From: Lingula anatina
Taxonomy: Eukaryota > Animalia > Brachiopoda
Length of the DNA stretch: 64,000 nucleotides
Direction: 5' to 3'
Assembly (NCBI GenBank): GCA_051362555.1
Contig: CM120644.1
Span: forward strand, 16,762,534 to 16,826,533
Within the stretch, counting starts at the first letter, position 1. Each line of letters opens with the position of its first letter. Positions 34,493 to 45,280 of this stretch are shown here, one piece after another. The translations under genes were made by a program, and so were the position numbers. The notes under the pieces are model-generated. The model was not told the origin of the DNA. It worked only from the letters and a program-made list of their open reading frames with translations, and did no database searches.

Positions 34493-36178
34493 ATGAAGCC
34501 CACCTTTGTCTGGTTACGAAGATTTCGTTGCCGAAATCAGTGTTGTTGGACAAGTATAGTTCTATTTATCTCTGTACTTTACGTAAGTATCCTTACATGG
34601 GAAAAGCCACAGACCAACCTTGACAAAGAAACCGTGGCTGCTGCTCTTGATGCGTCTGTTCCAAGTGTAGGACGCAAAATTCAAAATGGCGACAAAAAGG
34701 CGGTAAAACCCACGCCGAACGCTAAAATTTCGCCCAAATCTTCACGTGGTCCGGAAATGAACAGCGAGTTCGACATCCCAGCTATGAGTTTGAAAAACGC
34801 TGACCAGCAAACAAAAATGAAAGTGCTCGAACAGGTCGCTAATGAAACGAACATCAAACGCAGCCTACTTGAAAAGTACGGGTCGGGATGCCAAGTCATG
34901 CTTTTTCTTGACCACAGCGATACGTTTGAGAACCCAGGCAGCATTGCGTGCTACGTGGAGAACACCCTGACCGACTGCAACGATCCAGGCTTCGGGTCGG
35001 CAGTGTTGTACTCGGTGGAGGTCCTGACGTCTTGCCTTGTACTGGGAGCCTCGCCGGTGGTCCAGTGGTACAACTGCGATTTCTGCGGTGCGGAGTCCAA
35101 GCAGCCGACAAATCATTTCTTATCCTTCTTTCAAGATCTTGAAACGAAGACCGAAACTGAAGCAGAGCACAAACTTTGCATTGCATCGGGTATTCCAGAA
35201 GCTGGACCATACGGTGAAGGCGATTTGGTGGATCTAAGTTTTGACACCAAAGCGAGAAACTTTGCCTTTCGTGACTATCAACCTGATGAAAAGATTACTA
35301 ATAGTACAAGGCTCTTGGCGCATTATGTACTGACTAAATATTTTAAACCAGTGGAACATATCAGGAATTATGTTGAGGATACATACAATAAAAAGATGAA
35401 AGGGTATTTGAACATTGGAATCCACGTTAGAGCCACAGACAGCTGGAAAGAAGTGAAAAGGGTGACTTCGCTAGAACATTGGATTTTTGAGACTAAAAAG
35501 GTCATCAAGGCAGTGTTAAGGTCAGATGATGTAATTCTTCAAATATTTAAAAGAAAGGGTTTGAACGAGAAACTCTATCCTGTCAGTGACGAGTCTATAA
35601 GGATATTTTTGGCCACTGACAATGCAGAGACAATTCTACGTTTTAAGAAGGAGTTTGGCCGTCTGGTGTTTTGGAATAATGTCGACAAGGTGGCAAGCTT
35701 TGATGCAGATGGCCGCCTTTGGTACAAGGACAATCGCATTGCAGTTGCCAATGCTAGGGTGGTCCTTCAGGACGTTCTTATGTTAGCCAAGTGTGATCTG
35801 CTTTTACACGGAGAATCCAGCATATCCGCTCTGGCTCACTATCTTAACCTCGATTTGGTGAGTTATTATATTAAGGCAGAAGAACCCGGGGTTTGGTTGC
35901 CAACAGCGACGCCGCCTGAGACGCGTGCCCAACTGAAAGCTGAGGTAGAAAAGATGTTAAACTCTGCTCGAAATCGCATATCCAAATTTAGAGTGAACAA
36001 TATCACAACTGTCATGGACGGCTGTGAGCTGAACAGGATGCCTAAAGTGTATAACTGGATAGATACTGCGATTTGCTTTGGTAGACATCGTTTTAAATCC
36101 CAATGCTTGAATACACGAAATCTCACCTTGTCTACTCTAGATGAGGTCATAAAATTAAGTCGAAAACCACTGGTTTAG
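34493..36178 (+). CDS. FUT8/NodZ-like (GT-B) fucosyltransferase-family type II membrane protein, copy 1
   Basis: 561-aa intronless ORF with N-terminal TM helix and stem. Motifs GIHVRATD, IFLATD and DVLMLAKCDLLLHGESS correspond to the three conserved motifs of alpha-1,2/alpha-1,6/O-fucosyltransferases. Confidence 0.82.
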   Translation: MKPTFVWLRRFRCRNQCCWTSIVLFISVLYVSILTWEKPQTNLDKETVAAALDASVPSVGRKIQNGDKKAVKPTPNAKISPKSSRGPEMNSEFDIPAMSLKNADQQTKMKVLEQVANETNIKRSLLEKYGSGCQVMLFLDHSDTFENPGSIACYVENTLTDCNDPGFGSAVLYSVEVLTSCLVLGASPVVQWYNCDFCGAESKQPTNHFLSFFQDLETKTETEAEHKLCIASGIPEAGPYGEGDLVDLSFDTKARNFAFRDYQPDEKITNSTRLLAHYVLTKYFKPVEHIRNYVEDTYNKKMKGYLNIGIHVRATDSWKEVKRVTSLEHWIFETKKVIKAVLRSDDVILQIFKRKGLNEKLYPVSDESIRIFLATDNAETILRFKKEFGRLVFWNNVDKVASFDADGRLWYKDNRIAVANARVVLQDVLMLAKCDLLLHGESSISALAHYLNLDLVSYYIKAEEPGVWLPTATPPETRAQLKAEVEKMLNSARNRISKFRVNNITTVMDGCELNRMPKVYNWIDTAICFGRHRFKSQCLNTRNLTLSTLDEVIKLSRKPLV

Positions 36179-37473
36179 CGTGTGTATGATGCATATCATC
36201 CGCTTTCCGTTAAAAAAACAAAGAAACTGTATCAACATATACTAACATGTATACAGTGCATTCTAACTTGATCTTGACTGAACGATTAATTTCTATATCT
36301 CAAAAAGCGCGGTTTTCGCAATTATTCTGAAATCCATGTTTGCCATCATGCCACGTGGACCTCTTTAGATGGCTATAGGGATTATTGGGACCTTTGTGGG
36401 GTTTTCCTTGCCCAGTGCGTTCGGGCACCAGTCAAGGTTATGGCCCCCTTTGCAACCCCACAAATGAAATTTGTGCAAAATTGTTGGTAAATAATAACTT
36501 TTGCTGACTCGTCGCATCATAATTTTTAGGATGATGAATCTTATTGAATATTTGATATATAATTTTTATCCCTAAGGCCATAACATTTAATACAGGCAAC
36601 AATTTGCTGCATTGTTATTATTGTTAAAACGATTAGGATAGAGGAATTATATAATAAAAGCGGCCTTGTTTGGCCAAATCACAAACAATCAATATTCCTT
36701 GTTGCCTTCTTTTTTGCTATGAATGAGACTATAAAAGTTTGTGGTACACTGAGATGGAGGAGACATAAAGGAAAGTTTGGCGTAGTCAAACGACATTTTA
36801 TGGCGACAACAATCTCCAGAGCTTAGTTACGCACATGTGTGTGCCCTAGAGGGGTAATCTCCATTGAGGCACATGTTGCTAAATAAATGGACTAACTTTG
36901 AATGTCGGAATAGATTCGTATCCAACGTGATTATTTATTTAAAAGATAAATTCTAAAAAAAAAAAAAAAACCTTAAATTTACCTTATTCATCGAGCGCCA
37001 TACATAGACGATACAGTGTGGACCGATGTCCACTAACAAGTCTAACATATAAAAACGCTGAAGTTTTTTTTTTTTTTTTTTTTTTTTTTTGTACTATCTT
37101 CCACAAGTTCTCCATGAATGCGCTTTCTGCTGTTTTGTTAAAAAAAAAAATTAAATTGGCCGCTTCGACCCCATAACTACGACCCAACCTCTTACGCAAT
37201 AACTAGGTCACCAGCCTCTCAAGGCGAAGGGTTTGAATCGGTACATAGTATATCGCTTGAGTACACCACTCGCTGTGAAAAAGAAGTCAATAATTTGATG
37301 TGGGTTGGGGGAGGGGTAAAGTAGGTCGGGTTGGAGAGGGGGTGGTTGGGTCCACTTCTACACTGGTGCGTGTGTTTTACTTTGTAAACGGTCTTGCTGT
37401 AAAGTCTTCCAAAAAAAAAAAAAAAAAACCCAAGTATTTTTAAACTATTTGGTACATGTACTTGTTAGGCCCT

Positions 37474-37692
37474 AGACCCATTTCCAGAGATTAGATCGAT
37501 CTACTTTAGATCGACCTAACTCCCTGGGGGTTCACGCTAAATAGCTGTCAGCCGAGCGGACACGAAAGTTAATTACCCCCCTTACAGCTTGTAGTAGGTG
37601 GGACGGACATTTAAGCCGGATTATCTGACAGTAATCTAGTGAGACTCCCCGCGGGGATAGATCGATCTAAAAGCTCTGGGAATACAGCCCTA
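37474..37692. mobile_element. Degenerate inverted-repeat element (family C, TAGATCGATCTA ends)
   Basis: Imperfect terminal inverted repeats TTCCAGAG..TAGATCGATCTA / TAGATCGATCTA..CTCTGGGAA. Related degenerate pieces at about 10255-10450, 30334-30540, 32470-32570, 42780-42920 and 51030-51170. Confidence 0.55.
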
Positions 37693-38083
37693 CAGGTATA
37701 TCTGTAATAATCATAGTGCAAAATGCTTTTTTCAGTCCATTTCAGGTCATGCTGAACTCCTATATATATTATGCAAATTTATTATTCTAGTAATAGTGCT
37801 TGATGAGGGTTTTGCATGCCTGCCCTTTTCCTATTTGTAGATATGATGATCACTTACACGGCACTCTATCATAATCGCTCAAGTTGGAGACGTATCTCAA
37901 TAGTTTTTTCTTCATATTTATTCTTAATGGGATCCTGAATTGGATTCTGCTACAAAATGACTCAATATTAATGGATTTCTTAGTGTTCTTAACAATTTCT
38001 ATGGCTTACCACTCATCAACAACCTATTTCCATTGTTGAAACTTATTTTATGTCTAACGGTAGGGAGCTTGATTGTAGTGAGG

Positions 38084-38084
<1 letters not shown>

Positions 38085-38137
<53 letters not shown>
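38085..38137. repeat. (TA)n microsatellite
   Basis: Direct reading. Confidence 0.95.
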
Positions 38138-38140
<3 letters not shown>

Positions 38141-39967
38141 TGTACATCAATTTACACACTCCAAAATATACATTTTAAGTCCGCTTCTGCAATTGACTTG
38201 AGCAAAGAAGAACATGCAGCAAATCACTTTTTCTTTCTCTGTACCGTTATATGTAAATATACAGGGGCAAATTTCTGCCGCAAAATACTGCACTAAAATT
38301 ATTTTTGATTGCATTTTTGATGCACTTTTTTACTGTTGTCCAGTATTAAGACCTCCATTTACATATGCTTCCTGGTGTAAAGAAAAATTTGATATCTCTT
38401 TTTCTGATTAGCCTGGTTTTTTTCTGGTGAAATAAAAATGTTTTACGCATAGCTGTGTCCTATCATCTTAAACAATTAAAGCTTCATTATATTTTCACGC
38501 AATGAAATTATTTGACTTTTCTTACCTTTTTCGAGTCTGTAATTGTTGAAATATTTGCTATATAATGCTTGTCTGGCGCCATGATTCCTACAAATACAGA
38601 TTAAATTATTTAAAAATTGATGCAAATTTGGTGTTTTATCAGGTGTTTGTTTTTTGTAATAAAATGATGGTCGTACACCTTTAAACATTACAATTTTCCA
38701 CAAATTCCCTCCAAATGAACACGTTGAGAAATATTTAACCACTCAATAAAAAGCCATAATAGTTATAACATAGATAATGGTGTATTGCACTGAAATGTTT
38801 GATCTATCTGAAGACATTGCTCAATATTATTAAATTGCAAAATCACAAATAGTCAAAACAGTTCAGCTCGAATGGGATAAAGCCACAATGATAAAACTTA
38901 AATATATATTACTAACGTGAAAGTTGGGTTATGATGAGGAGGAAAAAACGAAAAGAATATCTGACATGAGATTAATTCAATGCTAGAAGTAGAACAAATA
39001 TTGGAATTCATTTTAATTAAATGACAATTGATTTTAAACGTTTAATCCAAACCTTAAGGCCGAGTCGTGTCTCTCTTTGGTCCTCTTGAGTGCTAATCCC
39101 GCGTCCCGACCGCTGGGTCTCTTTATGCACGTCTCTCGTGTATATAAGACCCAATTCAACGCGGAAATATACAGTGATCAGCGAATCAGCAACAGTAAAC
39201 GCTTGCGGTCGTGACAAAATGAAATTATTACGGCCAGAACAATGGTTGATTAATGAGTAAAAGAAGAAAAAGAGACAGAGCACGGTTAGAACGCCTTCAT
39301 AAACGTACCTTGTCATATTAGCGAGAACTGTTATGCACTTGGATCTTGTCAAACAGGTTGATCACGATAAGTATGATAGGCTTTTTGACATTTTTTTTGT
39401 CCCAACAACTAATATCCATAAAAGTAAAAGAAACAAAAATACTTAGATGGATAGATAGTATATGACGAAGATTATTAGAATAAGATAATGATTACAATTA
39501 CGGCAAAAATGAGTGCTAGAAATCACATTAAAGGATGACGGTCTCCACTTTTATCCAGTCAGCTTTTGCTTCAAGTATTTTAATACTTATTAAAATAATA
39601 CTAAATAATATTAAAAATTTAATACTTATTAAAATAATAATCAAAATAATAATTAAAAATAATAATCATTGTGCTAATTGTTTAATGTATTTACTTTTCT
39701 CTCTCTCCCTCTCTCTTCGTATAAGTCATAGCCCACGCAATTGTATTTCCACAGTGATTCACGCTACAAGAAAAAAATTATATTTACATTGTTTGAACTC
39801 ATTTTTGTTTATTTCCTTATTTGCTGTTTCAACAACAGTAGTTACTCTGCTGACTCACGGTGTGATTTTGACTAGTGACTGGTCCAATGATTGTTATTGA
39901 TTAATTCGACCAAAATTGATAACATTTTGTTCCTCGTGGTCCGGTGAAGGTGTGTCAGGTAATTTTA

Positions 39968-40176
39968 AGCCCCCTTTACACTGGACGGCGGTCTTTCTGC
40001 GTCCCGTAGTACGGCCCTATTTGAGAGAAAAAAAAAAAAATAATACTTTACGTGCCGACAAGTGGCCGATCAGTCAGCATTCTTTCTGCAACCAAAGCTT
40101 TGCTTTTGTCTCATTACTACGACCACAGGGATGCCAGTTACATGGTCGCACAAAGGACGCAGAAATGCCGCCGTCC
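39968..40176. mobile_element. MITE family B (PIF/Harbinger-like), partial copy
   Basis: Begins TTA|AGCCCCCTTTACACTGG and is homologous, in reverse orientation, to the copy at 63674-63885. The right TIR is incomplete. Confidence 0.7.
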
Positions 40177-40346
40177 CTGTCAACATCAATCACCGGTAAT
40201 TGAACATGAGTGAGAGTGAAACACATTTAAAGGCTTAACAACTGTTCATTTTGGCAAAAAAAAAAGGGATTTTCCGGGGGTAAACGAGGATTTTCCCATA
40301 CTAACATTGGATACGAATCTATTCCGACATTTAAATTCATTCCATC

Positions 40347-40377
<31 letters not shown>

Positions 40378-40622
40378 TTTGCAATAATCTCCAAATAGAT
40401 TATTACGGAAGTATGGCCATCTGTGGAGGTCCACGTGGCATGATGGCAAACATGGATACCAGAATAATTGCGATAACCGCTTTTTGAAATATAGAAATTA
40501 ATTGTACAGTCAAGATCACGTAGGAATGAAATAGGACTTCGTGGCATTGCACACATGTTAGCATATATTGATACAGTTTGTTTTTTTTTTTTAACGGACG
40601 GCGGATGATATGCATAAGCACG

Positions 40623-42314
40623 CTAAAACAGTGGTTTTCGACTTAACTTAATGACCTCATTTAGAGTAGACAAGGTGAGATTTCGTGTGTTCAAGCATTG
40701 GGATTTAAAACGATGTCTACCAAAGCAAATCGCAGTATCTATCCAGTTATACTCATTGAGCGACCTGTTCAGCTCACAGCCGTCCATGACAGTTGTGATA
40801 TTGTTCACTATTAATTTGGACATGCGCTCCCGAGCAGAGTTTAACATCTTTTCTATCTCAGCTTTCAGTTGGGCACGAGTCTCAGGCGGCGTCGCTGTTG
40901 GCAACCAAACCCCGGGTTCCTCTGCCTTAATATAATAACTCACCAAATCGAGGTTAAAATAGTGAGCCAGAGCGGATATGCTGGATTCTCCGTGTAGAAG
41001 CAGATCGCACTTGGCTAACATAAGAACGTCCTGAAGGACCACCCTCGCATTGGCAATTGCTAGTCGATTGCTCTCGTACCAAAGGCGGCCTTCTGCATCA
41101 AAGCTTGTCACCTTGTCGACATTATTCCAAAACACCTGACGGCCAAACTCCTTCTTAAAACGTAGAATTGCTTCTGTATTGTCTGTGGCCAAAAATATCC
41201 TTATAGACTCGTCACTGACAGGATAGAGTTTCTCGTTCAAACCTTTCCTTTTCAATATTTGAAGAATCATATCATCTGACCTTAACACTGCCTTGATGAC
41301 CTTTTTAGTCTCAGAAATCCAATGTTCTAGTGAAGTAACCCTTTTCACTTCTTTCCAACTATCTGTGGCTCTAACGTGGATTCCAATGTTCAAGTACCCT
41401 TTCATTTTTTCATTGTATGCATCCTCAACATAATTCCTGATATGTTCCACTGGTTTGAAATATTTAGTCAGTACATAATGCGCCAAGAGCCTTGTACTAT
41501 TAGTAATCTTTTCATCAGGTTGATAGTCACGAAAGGCAAAGTTTCTCGCTTTGATGTCAAAACTTAGATCCACCAACTCGGCTTCACCGTATGGTCTAAC
41601 TCTTGAAATACCCGATGCAATGCAAAGTTTGTGCTCTGCTTCAGTTTCGGTCTTCGTTTCAAGATCTTGAAAGAAGGATAAGAAATGATTTGTCGGCTGC
41701 TTGGACTCCGCGCCGCAGAAATCGCAGTTGTACCACTGGACCACCGGCGAAGCCCCCAGTACAAGGCAAGACGTCAGGACCTCCACCGAGTACAGCACTG
41801 CCGACCCGAAGCCTGGATCGTCGCAGTCGGTCAGGGTGTTCTCCACGTAGCACGCGACACTGCCTGGGTTCTCAAACGTATCGCTGTGGTCAAGAAAAAG
41901 CATGACTTGGCATCCCGACCCGTACTTTTCAAGTAGGCTGCGTTTGATGTTCGTTTCATTAGCGACCTGTTCGAGGACTTTCATTTTTGTTTGCTGGTCA
42001 GCGTATTTCAAACGCATAGCTGGGATGTCGAACTCGCTATTCATTTCCGGATCACATGTAGATTCGGGTGAAATTTTAGCGTTCGGCGTGGGTTTTACCG
42101 CCATTTTGTCGCCATTTTGAATTGTTTGTCCTACACCTGAAACAGACGCATCAATAGCAGCAGCCACGGTTTCTTTGTCAAGGTTGGTCTGAACCTGTGG
42201 CTTTTCCCATGTAAGGATACTTACGTATATTACAGAGATAAGCAGAACTATACTTGTCCAACAACACTGATTTCGGCGACAAAATCTTCTTAGCCATACA
42301 AAGATGGCCTTCAT
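40623..42314 (-). CDS. FUT8/NodZ-like fucosyltransferase-family protein, copy 2
   Basis: 563-aa intronless ORF, highly similar to 34493-36178 along its length, with the same TM helix and catalytic motifs. Confidence 0.82.
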   Translation of the reverse strand: MKAIFVWLRRFCRRNQCCWTSIVLLISVIYVSILTWEKPQVQTNLDKETVAAAIDASVSGVGQTIQNGDKMAVKPTPNAKISPESTCDPEMNSEFDIPAMRLKYADQQTKMKVLEQVANETNIKRSLLEKYGSGCQVMLFLDHSDTFENPGSVACYVENTLTDCDDPGFGSAVLYSVEVLTSCLVLGASPVVQWYNCDFCGAESKQPTNHFLSFFQDLETKTETEAEHKLCIASGISRVRPYGEAELVDLSFDIKARNFAFRDYQPDEKITNSTRLLAHYVLTKYFKPVEHIRNYVEDAYNEKMKGYLNIGIHVRATDSWKEVKRVTSLEHWISETKKVIKAVLRSDDMILQILKRKGLNEKLYPVSDESIRIFLATDNTEAILRFKKEFGRQVFWNNVDKVTSFDAEGRLWYESNRLAIANARVVLQDVLMLAKCDLLLHGESSISALAHYFNLDLVSYYIKAEEPGVWLPTATPPETRAQLKAEIEKMLNSARERMSKLIVNNITTVMDGCELNRSLNEYNWIDTAICFGRHRFKSQCLNTRNLTLSTLNEVIKLSRKPLF

Positions 42315-44550
42315 CTTGTCAGTAATGGCAGGTGTCTTCTCTCTAGTATCGTCAAAGCCCTCAGTGAAACGAGCGTACGGTTATATCGTTATTGGTTAAA
42401 TAAGGTTCAATACCACGGCTAGCGTTTTTAACAATAGGATAATGACACTTGAATTTCGCATATAGGCTTGCCTGTAATTTACCCGTCAGCCACTGTAGGC
42501 GACATACAAGAACAAATTATATCTTGGCTGTGTCTACATTTCTTGACTGTAGCATACAGTGAAGGACTTATGTTGTAATTGGTACTTGTTATGTCACACA
42601 CAATGCGCCAGCAAAGCCTTACTGAAGTGTCAGTCACGGCTCGTGAGTTCAAATAAAATAGTTAAGTTGTCGCCTTGAGCGGTTCATAAAAACCATAAAG
42701 TTTATTACGGTAAACACATATTGCGATTTTATTACATTCGTTGAAAATACTCATACGTTTTTGAAATCGACTGGCGATAAGTAGAATGCAAAAGCTGATG
42801 ATTATAAGAGCACGTTGGAAACTATAGGAGGCGTGTCATTCAGTTAAGCTGACTGCACTCAGCGAGAGTGCCAGCAGAGTTGGGTCGATCCACGTAGACC
42901 GATGGCGCGTTTGGGGTAAAAAAAAAATTGTTTCTTCTTCAACAGCAAGTCCAATACGTCATGTTTATTGAAAGTGAAAATGGGTTCCAACTCGTATTAT
43001 ATCATACCCTTGCCCCTATATACAATTATAACACCGAAAAAAGAAAGGAGCATTTGAACTTTGCAATATTTGTCAATGCCAGTACTTTGAAACATCCAAA
43101 GATACTTGTTTCAGTGAGATGAATGAATGAAAAAATATTCACCTCATTGAAGCTGCAAGACTTTTTCATTCCCATAGCAAATAAAGTAATTAATTAATTA
43201 AATCTAAAGGTGCCCCTTAATATTCCCTACTTGTCACCCACATGAGTACAGTATAGCAAATCACAACTCGATTTTTTTAAACAGTGAAAATTTTATTATT
43301 ATTATTGCATCGAATAAAATACAAAAATATTTACTTTGTAAGTCGTTAAAATTGAACTGCTTAAAGGAAGAACTGCTTGGGGCAGATCTCAGTCATGCAT
43401 GGAGCTGGTGTGTGTGCGTGAACATGCACGTGTGCGCATGCATGCGTGTATAGCACACATGTAAATGGAACTGGAAGACTCTACATTACATATAACATTT
43501 TGATTGTCTTATTCATAACGGCAAATTGCATTGGCAGTGAAGGTGAAGCCGTATTATATACTGCTACAAAAGTTCTGGTTAGACTAATTTTTGGCCTGAT
43601 TAGCATGAAGTAATCCTCACTTAATACACCATGTGGTGTGAGACAATAAGCAATAAGAATTTGTCAGTTAAGATCGTGATTTCATTAAAAAAAACCTACT
43701 CCCTTTGATTTTAAACTACCGGTATGTAGGTTAAATAAACTGATATGTATACTATCTTTGATTACCGACTCAGACAGTACAAAAACCTACCTAAATTGTT
43801 TCTAAATTATGAATTTCTTAGGTGATTATAACATCGTAATGTAGCAAACTTGATCCATGACCTTCACCCTGTTTGGGTTGAAAAAAAAAATGCAATTATT
43901 CACTGCATTATAGAACGTGTATATTTTGCACATGGTCAGAGACAAAACCCTTACATTCATATGTTAACAGGCTTCAAACACATTATTTTGATTATGCGAT
44001 CATTGGCTTGATCATATATGGATTCACAGCAAATATTTACTGAATGAACACTTTCACTGACATTGAGCAACTCAATAAAGCTCCATTTTGATATATAATA
44101 AAAACAAAAAGGGAAAAAAAGTGTTGCACAAAAATCTTTAAGAGTATTTTGTCTTGGGACCTTCTTCAGTGTGACCAAAATAGCATATAAAAGTTAGAAT
44201 ATTCAAAATATTTCAGCTGGAATGCTCTACAATGATTGACACGCTATAATACTACAAAACCAAGAAAATATTTTAAAAAATTCTTTGGTATTAGAAAAAT
44301 GTTCAACTTAAAAGGGTAAATTCCTCATAATCCACAGCATTAATACTACTTTTCGAACAATCTTACTTGCATTGATAATGACAATTTTAATAACATTTAT
44401 GATACATATACAAATCAGGATTTTTTTACATGAACTTTACAGGCAAGAAATAAGAGACAGACTGAACTATTGCCATCACATTTTCAATGGAACTGCATCT
44501 GGGTAAATGAGTTCCAGTCAATATAAATATCTTCTATAACACACAAACGA

Positions 44551-45246
44551 TTATGACCAACACTGCTTGCTTGTCCCTGGTTGTGGGTCAAGGTCATTAA
44601 GGGCAGGGTCATCAAGGTCACTGTCGGCAGAATACGCCTCATTGTCAAATGCAAAGGATTCCAACTCAAGTGCGGAGGGAATGTGCTGTTTTCCCTTCCC
44701 ACGGCCGCGAGACTTTGTTTTCCTCAGCCGTGCCTCCTGTTTTTTCGGTAATTTTTTCCCTTTCCCATCATCGTCTGAATCTGTACTTGAATCCAAGCAA
44801 GCATACCCTGAACCAGGTTCTTTTGCAGACAACAGTGCACGGTTCTTCGCTCCCGTAGCGTATGTCTTTGGTCTAGCTCCTTCTCCGGAGTTTTCGGACA
44901 TCTGAGATGACTGAGATTTGGCCTGACTCGAAGCCTTGCTCTCCGTGTCACTGAATCCCTGTTCGGGGCTGGGGCTTGCCTTACAACTCCCTTTCCCCGT
45001 GTACCTGCTACTGCTTCCACTACTGTCAATCCTTTGCTTTTTCTCCTTAGTCATTTCTGACTCATAGTCACCCTGTTGTTCTAATTTGGTATTTTGAGAT
45101 CGCACACTGGACGGGCTGTCGGTGTGGGCTGACCGACTGGACCCGTAGTCCAGATCCACATGTTGTGGACTGTGTAGAGCACCTGTAAGATTAGAGAAGA
45201 CAAAATGAGATCTTTTTACATAGGTTACAAGGTTGGAGTAGAAGCA

Positions 45247-45280
<34 letters not shown>

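Larger units (their letters stand above)
34141..42653. repeat. Inverted segmental duplication (arms ~34141-36376 and ~40412-42653)
   Basis: Both arms include ~350 bp upstream (TTTGAACTCACGAGCCGTGACTGACAC), the CDS and ~200 bp downstream. A further homologous patch lies at ~36880-36928 / ~40305-40350. Confidence 0.93.

Noticed and set aside
34681-42120. Small overlapping ORFs conserved in both fucosyltransferase copies
   Set aside because: Their apparent conservation simply reflects the recent duplication of the host ORF.
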